Below, one piece after another: positions 12,343 through 23,185 of a DNA stretch of 64,000 nucleotides. Position numbers and translations under genes: made by a program. This stretch comes from Heteronotia binoei (Eukaryota), in the NCBI RefSeq assembly GCF_032191835.1, contig NC_083243.1:32364001-32428000 (forward strand). Reading direction: 5' to 3'. Position 1 is the stretch's first letter. Every line of letters starts with the position of its first letter. The notes below the pieces were generated by a model that was given only the letters and a program-made list of their open reading frames with translations, did not search any database and was not told the DNA's origin.

Positions 12343-13111
12343 ATGGTAAATTTTAGTTTCATCCTAGACTGCTGCCTGGATGCAACAATGTCATTTTCTA
12401 CGTTTGCAACAGTAATGGCAATTTGCATTTTCCCACCCTCTGAACCCTACTGGCAACCCTACTGTTTACCTCATTCCTGAAATATGATTCCTGAGGTTGC
12501 AAGATCTGAGTAAGCAAACAGCTACTCAGAGAGAAGGGACATCCACAAGTATAGTTCTGCTGATGGAAGAGGAAGGAAGAACATTTTTCTCCTCCTCACT
12601 GTGGCTTTCCTATTGATGTGGAAATTGGTGTATGCAAGTCCTGTGAACCCAGGAATCAACTTTTGTGGAGATGAGAAGGGAGAAGGGAAATGCAGGAATC
12701 TTATACAAAAAGGGTGCTCAAGGCAGCTTAGGAACCATACAAACACTCCACAAACATTTAAAACATCATTTAAAATAATGAAACTAAGTAAAACAGGTAC
12801 AGTCGTAGAGTTTCTGCAGCCATCAACAGAGAGCAAACAACTTAAATCCCATTCTCAATGGATCAGACTTTGACTCTGCTAAACACCTTCTGAAAGAAAA
12901 GGTCTTTGTAGAAGAGCACCAGAAGGCACGGCCTGCAGTGCGAGGCAGGTTTTTTGGGGTAAAGTATTTTGCAGTTTGGCCTCCATAGCTGAAAAGTGTC
13001 CTATGCTGCATCTGTTGCCATAACCATGTGGAACAGGTCGTGAGCAGCTGATTTATGATCACAAGCAGGCTCATGGGCTAAGGCCATTCTCAGGATATTC
13101 TGGTTCTAGAC

Positions 13112-13438
13112 CAGGGATGGCCAAATTGTGACTTGGAAACCACATGTGGCTCTTTCACACATATTGTGTGGTTTTCAAAGCCCCCACCATCCTGTTGGCA
13201 GGCTTGGAGATGGTATTTGACTCTTTAAATAACTTCTACAAGCCAAGACAGCCAGCTCCCCATCTATTTCCTTCCTTCCTTCCTTCCTTCCTTCCTTCCT
13301 TCCTTCCTTCCTTCCTTCCTTCCTTCCTTCCTTCCTTCCTTGTAGCTCTCAAACATCTGATGTTCATGTCTTGTAGCTCTCAAACATCTGATGTCTATTC
13401 TATGTGGCTCTTATGTTAAGCAAGTTTGGCCACCCCTG
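13112..13438. mobile_element. hAT MITE containing an expanded (CCTT)n tract at about 13268-13340
   Basis: TIRs CAGGGATGGCCAAA/TTTGGCCACCCCTG; TSD TTCTAGAC/TTCTAAAC (7/8). Confidence 0.85.
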
Positions 13439-14384
13439 TTCTAAACTGTTTAACTCCAAACTCAAGCTTGAACCCCATTCCCATATTCAAGAGAACCAGA
13501 AACAAGGGAGACTTCTTGAACACTGTGCATTTCTAGTTAAACTGCTGACAACTTTGGATGTGAAATGGAGATAGTTCGTTGGTGTAAATCTTTCTGTCCA
13601 TTAGAAACTATGCCATAGGGCAGTCCTCATTGGGTTGCAAGCATCTCCGATGCTTTTAATGACATCTTGCTATTTCAGTCCCAGGGAATCTTGAAAAGAG
13701 ATCAAGTAGCTGGAGTCATCACTCTGTGCAGTGTCTAGATTAGTCTGAAAATTGAGCTCATTATACTAGAGGGATCTGAATGAAAACTTGGTAAGAACAC
13801 TTTAGATTAGAGATGAATGACTGAAGTCTTCTGGCTTCTCCCACCCTCTGGCTTCACTCTTCTCCCACCTTCTGGCTTCTCCCACCCTCTGAACCCTACA
13901 AATCAGCAATCAGATAAGGTCTTGTGTTCATGATCTACACTAACTAGTAGATCTAGTCAACCTTTAGCCTTTTTTTCCTGTCTCAAACATAGTTCATCTT
14001 AAAATAACTCCTTCCAGGGCTGGTTTTCCCATTCTTCATTTTCTTCTGCTTCCCCCCCCCCCCTCTCCATCCCTTTGGGACTTCTCTCTGAACTTTTATT
14101 TATTAATTTAACTTCCCCATTAGGCCTCAACATGCTTTACAGGTATTGTCAGGAGAGTTTTTAAATACTGAAGCTTCTAATCGGGCACAAAGAACATTAG
14201 CAGCATCCCTGTTTTTCTGATGTACGATGCATATTATAAAAAGGCCTGCCCCCTGCTAGCCCTCATATCATATGATGGTAACAAGAATTTCACATGGTCA
14301 CACCAAAGTTCCAACTAGTTCAGCATCCTGTTTCGAGTAGCAGTGAGTGAGATCCTTCTAGTGACTCCACAAACAGCAAATGGA

Positions 14385-14475
14385 GTAGAAAAGAGCAAGA
14401 GTCCAGTAGCACCTTTAAAAAAACCCAACTTGTGGCAGTTTATGAAGTTTTATGAGTCACTGCTTCTTCAGTGAG
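14385..14475 (-). mobile_element. Degenerate Penelope-like terminal fragment
   Basis: gagcaagagtccagtagcacctttaa motif; the minus strand has CTGAAGA. Confidence 0.5.
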
Positions 14476-14562
14476 TAACGTTCCTTCTTGATTGTTGTCC
14501 CCAGCAACATGTATTCCAAATGGTTAATAGCTGTTCATGGAGGGAAGGTAACATGGTATAGC

Positions 14563-15062
14563 TAGAGTTCCCAATCCCCAGGTGGGGCAGGGAATCCCCT
14601 GGTTTGGAGGCCCTCCTCCCACTTCAGGGTAATCAGAAAGCAGTGTGTGTGTGGGGGGAGAAATCTCTGCTGGGTACTCCATTATTCCCCATGGAGATCG
14701 ATTCCCATAGGGTATAATGGTGAATTGATCAGAGGGTATCTGGGGCTCCGGGGGGGTGAGTTTTTTTGAGGTAGAGGCACCTAATTTGCAGTATAGCATC
14801 CAGTACCTCTCCTCAAAACACCCTTCAAGTTTCAAAGGGGGTCCAATTCTATGAGCCCCAAAAGAAGGTGCCCCTATTCTTCATTATTTCCAATGAAGGG
14901 AAGGCGTTTAAAAGGTTTCCAGTCCCTTTAAATGTGATGGCCAAACTCCCTTTGGAGTTCAATCATGCTTGTCACAACCTTGCTCCTGGCTCCACCCTCA
15001 AAGTCTCCTGGCTTCACCCCCAAAGTCCCCTGGTAATTTTTGAATTGGACTTGGGAACCCTA
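14563..15062 (-). mobile_element. ~500-bp non-autonomous hAT element
   Basis: Reverse complement of the 39558-40066 family; TSD GGTATAGC/GGTACAGC (7/8). Confidence 0.9.
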
Positions 15063-15086
15063 GGTACAGCCTAAACTTGTCAGATC

Positions 15087-15289
15087 TTGGAAGCTAAGCA
15101 GTGTCATTAGACTGCACTAACTAGTAGATCTGCATAAATCCACTCTGTGAGTCTCTTGATAAATAAGGGAAAGGGGCTCAAAGAGCTCCGTGACAATTGG
15201 GTGGCCCAGGGAAGATGGAATTCCCCTGGCTGTGAATCTCATGCAGATCTACTAGTTAGTGTAATCTAATGACCCTGCTTAGCTTCCAA
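15087..15289. repeat. 49-bp inverted repeat with a 105-bp loop; both arms start with a 5S-like segment
   Basis: 15087-15135 versus the reverse complement of 15241-15289: 46/49 identical. Confidence 0.9.
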
Positions 15290-15717
15290 TCCACAGAATT
15301 CACACTGGATGGGAGAAAATGTCATAACTTAAATGTCATGGGCTGCCCTTGCAGATTTGAACAAACTTGCATTGATGTCTTGTCTTGTGTTGGATATCTG
15401 AGATTAATGGGGAGAGATGGAGAAAGGTAATATTTTTTGGCGACTGTCAATTGTCTTTCAATGACTAAGCTCTAGGAGAAGGTCCTAGGAAAAGTTGAAG
15501 GCAACAGGACAAGAGGAAGACCTGATAGGAGATGGATTGACTCAATCAAGGAAGCCACCATCCTTGGTTTGCAAGACCTGAGTAAGGTTGATGATGTTTG
15601 AATGACGTTAATTCATAAAGCCGCCATTAAGCCGGAAGTGACTTGATGGTATTCCCAGACATATGACTACGCTCTAGCCTTAGTACCACTCATTCTTTTA
15701 GTATCACTTGAGCTTTT

Positions 15718-15890
15718 TCATACAGACGCATGAAGCTGTCTTATTCCTAATCAAGGCCTTGGTCCATTAGGTGAGTATTAGCTGCTCATTCAGACAGTGG
15801 CTCTCCAGAGTCTCAGGCAGGCATCTTTCACATCACCTACTGCCAGATCCCCTTAATTGGGGATTGAACCTGGGACCTTCTGCACACCAC
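15718..15890 (-). mobile_element. tRNA-derived SINE (Squam2-like), degenerate
   Basis: Matches the reverse complement of the 48385-48580 family (catgaagctgtcttat...ggggattgaacctgggaccttctgca). Confidence 0.65.
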
Positions 15891-16895
15891 AATGTTTGAG
15901 TTAGTGTCAGGGTACAGAAAAGCCACATCTATTGGTCTTGATCTGTGCTGGTTGTTTGACATGTGCAAATCCTGATTTGACGTCGCTATCCCTCAACAAA
16001 GAATGCTTGAACTCTCCCACAGGGCACAAGCCATAAACTGGGCAGCTGCTATGCAGACTTGCCCTAAAACTGCCATTAAATGGATGCAATTAAAACACAG
16101 TGAAGACGTGACTCATTGCTCAGCTCTTCGCAGATCAACCTCATTGACTTTGGAGACGTTGCCGAGGCACAAAACCCTATCATGTGTTCAGCATATGGCC
16201 CCCCGAAATTTATTTGCACCTCTTGCCATCTTTCTTGATATGCTTCTAATTATGTCTTGAAAGAGAGAGGAGAAAAGAGGGCTATGGTGGGAGAATATGA
16301 AATATGTAAGAAAATTAGATTATTAATAAGGGCACTTACAGATGAAAATTGCCCCCCCTCCTCTTCACCCCTCTTCTCCTTTTCTTTCATTTCATTACTC
16401 AATGGTGAGCCTCAAGCAATTTTATTTGGGAGGTGGTATTTACATGATTGAATGCTGGCAATGGAAGGTGGCTTTTGATGAGTCGACACTTTCGTATTCA
16501 AATCAGATGCCTCATCTGCATAAGGAAATAAACTAGCACCCTCTGAATAGCTGGTGTCACGGTCAGCATCTGAAATTTGCATGAAGAGGTGATTCAGAAG
16601 AGTTCTGGACACCTTCCCTGTTGCATTAGAATGGCAATTGAATCCTTGGGCATATTATTTTTATCCATACCAGTGAGCAGAGGGATTGCATTGTGTAAGT
16701 CCCTGTGAGCTTTTAGGAAACCTGATAGATACATAAAGTTAAAATCAATAGATCGTCACAACCAAAGTTGTGATCAAGTTGTGATCATCCCAACCATCCC
16801 AAGCAGTCTTTGGAGGTTTTTAAACAGAGGCTAAATGGTCATCTGACAGTAATGCTGATTCTGTGAACTTAGGCAGATCATGAAAGGGAGGGCAG

Positions 16896-17107
16896 CAGGG
16901 TTTTTTTTGGTAGAAAAAGCCCAGCAGGAACTCATTTGCATATTAGGATACACCGCCTGACATCACCATTGATTCACACAGGGGTTTTTTTGTGGAAAAC
17001 TCCAGCAGGGACTCATTTGCATATTAAGCTACACCCCCTGACACCAAGCCAGACGGAACTGCGTTCCTGTGCATTCCTGCTCAAAAAAAAAAAAAAAAAA
17101 CGCCCTG
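16896..17107 (+). mobile_element. CAGGGCTTTTT-family hAT MITE (octamer-bearing type)
   Basis: Perfect 8-bp TSD GAGGGCAG (16888-16895 and 17108-17115). Confidence 0.92.
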
Positions 17108-17286
17108 GAGGGCAGGAAGGGTTACATCAGTGCTTAGTTCTCGTGGTCCTTTCTTACATGCCCAGGGAAATGCTAATTGCTACTTTGGGGTCAGGAAGCA
17201 ATTTTCTCCGGACTAATTTGGCCAGGGACCCTGGAGGGGTTTTTTTTTGCCATCTTTTGGGCATGAAGCAGGGGTCACTGGGGAGT

Positions 17287-17938
17287 CAGCCCCGTAGCCA
17301 GGGTTTTTTTCATTGGGGGCACTTAAAGTCCTTAGGGGGCAGTGGCTAATTAAATCAAAACTAAAGTTGCCCCAGCCCACCCTCATCCTTTGTTTTCTCG
17401 ACTTCTCTTGATGGCTCCCTCCCTCTCTTGGTCCACCCTGAACTGCTGACCGACCTGTGCTGCCTGGTGGTGAGGGGGTGAGGCTGGGGCAGCAACGAAG
17501 GAGGCAGGCAGGCTGGCTCGCCAGTTTCCTGCCATTGCTACCATGCTACCTACAAAGTTTTCAAGAGGCACCAGCATGGGGGTGCTTGCAGCCATGGACT
17601 CTGGCTGAGGGGGACTGCATGTCAGGCTCAAGATGGAGAGAAGACTGGGAGGAGATTGAGTGCGGCGTGGGTGGGTGGAAGGAAGAAGAGATGTGCATCT
17701 GTGTGTTTTAAACCAATTATTAGTAGCTGTTTAGGGCGGGAATAGGGTGCAGTTTGTATTTCCAAAGCAGAGAATGGAGCGGCTGCAGGAAGAACAGCAG
17801 GAAGGAAGGAGGGTTAGCGAAATCTCATCAGGTTGGTGTAGTGGCACAGTTTAAACAAGATTGAGGAAAGGAAGATCAGGGAAGATTGGGGTGGGGCACT
17901 GCAAATACAAAATTGGCCCCATGCTGGCTACAGCCCTG
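17287..17938. mobile_element. ~650-bp hAT-like non-autonomous element
   Basis: Imperfect 15-bp TIR CAGCCCCGTAGCCAG/CTGGCTACAGCCCTG, with CR1 sequence on both sides. No clear TSD. Confidence 0.6.
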
Positions 17939-18940
17939 CTCTCTCTGTATGTTTGTGTGTGAGGTATTTGTGAATTCCCTGCACTGTGCAGGAACTAGAT
18001 GACCCTAGAGGTCCCTTCCAACTCTATGATTCTTCAATTTCAAGTATTATAGATCTCTGACAGCCAATGCATTGCATTGCTTAGATGTTAGACTGGGGCG
18101 TTGCAAGTTCAAATTTCCACCCACCTATGAAGTTCACTGGGAGACCCCTGTAGGACCCTACTGGATAAATCTCAAGAAGCAAAATTCAAATCTTCAGCAT
18201 AAGAATCCAGTGGATCCTTGAAGACCATCAATATTTCCAAGGTATAAGCTTTTGAGAGTTATAGCTCCCTATGGGACCTGAATCTTGCTCTTCTACTCCA
18301 GACCAACATGGCTGCCCACCTGTAACAAATCTCCAGCGACAAACCTCTGAATCTGATCCAGGAAACAAGACCAGAAATGATTGCTTGCTGTTCCCTTAAC
18401 TCAACACTATAATTCGAGGACTTCAAGAAGACTGTACAATCAACTGTATCGAAGGCAGATATGAGATTTGATACCACTAAAAGGGAAGCATTGATTGTAT
18501 CTTACTTGTGCTCACTACCAGCTTGCTTGGGTTGCCAAACGTTTGCCTCTTCCTGCTGTGCAAACGAGAGTTTTAATGTCTTAATTCATGTGGTTGATAA
18601 TTGGTAGGGAGGTTCCCTTGGATTATCTGTATGATCCCTGAGACTCTCACCATGACTAGAAAGAGGGAGGGGGGGGGGAAGTTATAGCCTAAACTGGAAA
18701 TGTATGCTTGGAGCCTGCTGAACGGTTCTCAGCGGACAGAAGGATTTATATCAGTGGAGTACTAGTTTCTGACCTTCCCTTTTCCACTGCAGCCCCAAAT
18801 GAAGGGGGAAATGGACAACTACCACAGAAAAGAGGAATCGGTGACAATTGTCTTTCTGAAGAAGGGCTGATGCCAGACATAAGAGCTGTATTAGAGAAGT
18901 CTCAGTTGTCTGGGCCATTGTCGCTTAAATCTCAATGCAG

Positions 18941-19231
18941 AAGGAGGAGGAGGAGGAAGAAGAAGACTTCAGATTTATATCCTGCCCTTCTCTCTGAATC
19001 AGAAACTCGTACAATCTCCTATATCTTCTCCCCACGCCCACAACAGACACCCTGTGAGTGGGTGGGGCTGAGAGGGCTCTCACAGCAGCTACTCTTTCAA
19101 GGTCAACTCCTACGAGAGCTATGGCTAATCCAAGGCCATTCTAGCAGCTGCAAGTGGAGGAGTGGGGAATCAAACCCAGTTCTCTCAGATAAGAGTCCAC
19201 GCACTTAACCACTACACCAAACTGGCTCTCT
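18941..19231 (-). mobile_element. Squam3-like SINE, copy 1 of a tandem pair
   Basis: Full-length on the minus strand with a (GGA/GAA)n tail. Confidence 0.9.
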
Positions 19232-19289
19232 CCTGCCAGTCTCAGAGAAATCTCAGTTGTATGGGCCATTGTAGCTTAAATCTCAATGC

Positions 19290-19573
19290 AGAAGGAGGAG
19301 GAGGAGGAAGAAGAAGACTTCAGATTTATACCCTGCCCTTCTATCTGAATCAGAGACTTGTACAATCTCCTATATCTTCTCCCCCCACCACAGACACCCT
19401 GTGAGGTGGGTGGGGCTGAGAGGGCTCTGACAGCAGCTGTCCTTTCAAGGACAACTCCTACGAGAGCTATGGCTGACCCAAGGCCATTCCAGCAACTGCA
19501 AGTGGAGGAGTGGGGAATCAAACGCGGTTCTCCCAGATAAGAGTCTGCGCATTTAATCACTACACCAAACTGG
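19290..19573 (-). mobile_element. Squam3-like SINE, copy 2 of the tandem pair
   Basis: Same subfamily features and same flank as copy 1. Confidence 0.9.
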
Positions 19574-19574
19574 A

Positions 19575-19840
19575 GAAGAAGAAGAAGGAAAAGGAGAAGG
19601 AGAAGGAGTAGTAGTAGGAGACTGAAATCATACTTTGCCCTTCACTTGGAGTCTCAGAGCATCTTACAATCTTCTTCCTTTCCTCTCCTTACAACAGAAA
19701 TCCTGTGAGGTAGATTGTGCTGAGAGGGCTCTCAGATTGAGAGAACAGCTCTGCAAGGACTGCAGCTTGCACAAGGTCACCCAGAATCAAACCCATTTTT
19801 CCCAGATTAGAGTCCATGCACTTAACCACTACAAACTGGA
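19575..19840 (-). mobile_element. Squam3-like SINE, degenerate third copy
   Basis: Head ...gcacttaaccactacaaactgg and a partial core. Confidence 0.7.
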
Positions 19841-20861
19841 AGCAAACCCAGTTGAATGTTTGTTCTGTTATGAAAATGATTAGATTTAAGAAAGACACAT
19901 TTTAAATATACACACACACACACACACAGAGTACATAGAAGCTAATGTTCTCCCCTCTCCTAGTCTACGTTTCCCTTTCTCTTTTCTTAAGTCTTCAGGT
20001 TCCACCTCATCTAGCATTAAGGGTGCCAACTCTTAGTTGGGAAATTCCTGGAGATTTTGGGGTGGATCCTGGAGGCAGCAGGGTTAGGGGAGAGCAGGGA
20101 CATGAGCAAGGCATAATGCCATAGAGTTCACCCTCCAAAGCAGCCATTTTCTGCAGGGGAGCTGATTTCTGCAGTCTAGAGATGAAGGGGAATTGATTTC
20201 TGCAGTCTCTAGATAGAGATTTCTGCATCTGGAGGTTGGCAACTCTATCTGTAGTCCTTTACTTGAGACCCTTATCTCACTTCTTCCATGGCATTCAATA
20301 ATAAACAGGTGCTTCCAATCTTGGCTCATGAAGGGCAATTCATAGTCAAAAAGACAACAGCCATGGCCCTCCAGGAATGGAAATAAAGACTCAAAGGTCA
20401 GTATGTTTTTCACAAGGCAAAAACTCCCTATGAGAACCAAAAGTCCATCAAAGGTCATCAGATTGGCATGAATCCATCACATCTTCTCCCCCTTCCACCA
20501 GCAGAAATCCTTTGATGGATTCAGCCTCTGCCTCCCACTGAAACTGATGTACAGGACAGTTAAGTGATGTATAATGGAACACCACTTGAATTAGGTGGAG
20601 AAGATGCATGCATTGTGCTATACAAGCTACAAACCAGATTGTTTTGATTCCATGGAAATTCTACCCCCTAAATATATATGGTGACAGCCGATGCTCAAAG
20701 TAGGAGAAAAAAAATTGTAGGATGGTTTTGCTTCAAATCAGGTAGGCGTACAGCTGTTGTATAAATTGGTTGCTAACAAGCTTGAATTAGGTATTTCCTT
20801 TGAAATCATTACCATTATTTCCATGAACAGACTGTAAGTGATTAAAAAAAAAAGTAATTGG

Positions 20862-21153
20862 AAAGGAAAGGTAAGGTCCCCTGTGCAAGCACCAATTGTT
20901 TCCAACTCTGGGGTGATGTTGCTTTCACAATGTTTTCAAGGCAGACTTTTTATGGGGTGGTTTGCCATTGCCTTCCCCAGTCTTTTACACTTTACCCCCA
21001 GCAAGGCATTTTACCAACCTCGGAAGGATGGAAGGCTAAGTCCACCTTGGTCCAGCTACCTGAACCCAGCCTCTGCTGGAATCAAACTCAGATCGTGAGC
21101 AGAGAGTTCAGACCACAGTACTGCAGTACTGCTGCTTTACCACTCTGTGCCAT
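20862..21153 (-). mobile_element. Sauria SINE, near full length
   Basis: tRNA-like head, ctgcagtactgcag palindrome and ACCTTT tail on the minus strand. Confidence 0.85.
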
Positions 21154-21384
21154 GGTCAAGTCAAGTCAAATTTATTTTTATATCCCGCCCTCCCCCGCCA
21201 AAGGCAGGCTCAGGGCGGCTATTGGGCAATCCTGATGTGACCCTATTCCATCCCATCATGGTTTCTATTCATTGAAAATAAAATGGGATGGTTTTAGGTA
21301 CCGTTTGAAAAGAAGCTGGATGACATCTTAATCCATCCTACTCCATTTAAAGCAATTGTGGCAGCTACCTTAACTATACCCACA

Positions 21385-22992
21385 CACATAAGAAGACTTC
21401 TGCTGGATCAGGCCAGTGGTCTATCTTGTCCTGCTTCCTGTCTCACACAGTGGCCTACTAGTTCCTCTGGAAGGCCAACAATGGGTCAGAGAGGTTGAGA
21501 GCTTCCCTTGATGTTGCCCCCTGGCTCTGGGATTCAAAAGATTAGTGTCTCTGAATGTGGAGTATCCCCTCAGTTACCACAGCTAGTAGCCATTGATAGA
21601 CTTATCTTCCATGAATCTATCTAATCGCATTCTAAAGCTGTTTATGCCTGTGGCCATCACTACATCCTCTTGAAGCAAATTCCATATTCTAATCATTCTA
21701 TGTGTAAAGAAGTATTTCTTTTTGTCCATTCTAAATCTATTGCCCATCAGCTCCGTTGGATGACCTCTAGTAGTATGAGAGAAGGAAAAATATTTCTCTC
21801 TGTCAACTCTCTCCACCCCGTGCATAATTTCATAGACCTCTATCATATCTTCCCCTCCCAAGTTATCTCTTTTCTAAACCAAAAAGTCCCAGACTCTTCA
21901 GCATTTCCTCATAGGGAAAGGAAGGTGCTCCAACCCCCTAATCATATTGATTGCCCTCCCCTGTACTTTTTCCAGCTCTGCAATGTCCTTTGTGGATATA
22001 CAGTGACTGGAACTGTACAAAGTAATCCAAATGAGGCTACACTATGCAGGAGTATTATAATATCAGCTGTTTTATTTTCAGTTCCTTCCTAATAATCCCT
22101 AACATAGAGTTTGCTTTTTCACTGCTGCAGCACACAGGGTTGATATTGCATTGAGCTATCCACTATAACGAGAAAGGGGAGGTGCATCAAGGCAAAATGA
22201 AGATGAAGAAACAAATTGGTGCAGAGGTGTATCTTTAATAATTATACAGACCTCAAGATCTTTCCCCCAAGTTCATACCCATTAACCTATAGTTGAAGAT
22301 GGGGTTTTTTTGTCTCAATGCGCATCACCCTACACTTACCAACATTGAATTATATTTGCCACATTGTCTCCCACTCACCCAGTTTGTGGAGGTCCTTTTC
22401 AAGCTCTACGCACTTAGCCTTGGCTTTCATCATCCTGAATAATTTCATGTCATCTGCAAACTTGGCCACTACTCTACTAACACTAGGTCCAGATCATTGA
22501 TGAACAAATTAAATAGTACTGGCACCAATACCAATCCTTGTCAGACCTGACTGCTTCTTCCCTCCATTGTGAGAACTGTCCATTTATTCCTACTCTTTGC
22601 TTCATGTCATTTAAACAATTTTTAAGCCACAATATCTTCTCTTATCCCATGACTGCTAAGTTTTCTCAGGAGTCTTTGTTGAACTACCTTGTCAAAAGAC
22701 TTTTGAAAGTCCAAGTATATAATGTCTACTGGGTAAAATGAATAATGAGATATATTAACTACTCTCCTTTTTACCATTGTGGGTTGTTTTCTTAGGATGC
22801 CATTGGATACATTTTATTGATAATTTAGCTTACATTTTAGCATGATTAATATAATTTTATTGTTGAATGTTTTACTGAGGTTTTTTATTATTATTGTTGA
22901 GTCTGGTTGTTGGTTGCCATGACATTTTGTTACTAACACAATAATGATTGATTGAATGTCTACTGGGTCACTGTTGTCTACATGCATTTTCA
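21385..22992 (-). mobile_element. CR1 LINE, 5'-truncated and degenerate (RT to 3' UTR), with a 220-bp insertion
   Basis: ORF 21583-21861 (DMIEVYEIMHG...RGH...RFRMDKKKYFFTHR) is the CR1 ORF2 C-terminus. The minus strand also gives LEFFEKV...DPVDIIYLDFQKSFDKV, split by the insertion. Confidence 0.9.
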
Positions 22993-23009
22993 CTTTCTCA
23001 AAGAACTCC

Positions 23010-23185
23010 AAAATGTTGGTGCCATCAAGTCACAACTGATTCATGGTGACTCCAGCAAGGGGCTTTCAAGGCAAGTGAGAAGCAGAGATGGTTCGCCATT
23101 GCTTTCCCCTGAAGAGCCTTCCTTGGTAGTCTCCCATTCAAGTACCAACCCTGCTTAGTTTCTGAGATCTGATGAGGTCTGGCTA
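23010..23185 (-). mobile_element. 5S-derived SINE
   Basis: Reverse complement reads cctcatcagatctcagaaactaagcaggg...gaatgggagactaccaagg...gcaatggcgaacc. Confidence 0.7.

Larger units (their letters stand above)
16780..18035 (+). mobile_element. CR1 LINE 3' end, interrupted by two hAT insertions
   Basis: gaggtttttaaacagaggct...; ends ggtcccttccaactctatgattc, the CR1 tail motif. Confidence 0.75.
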
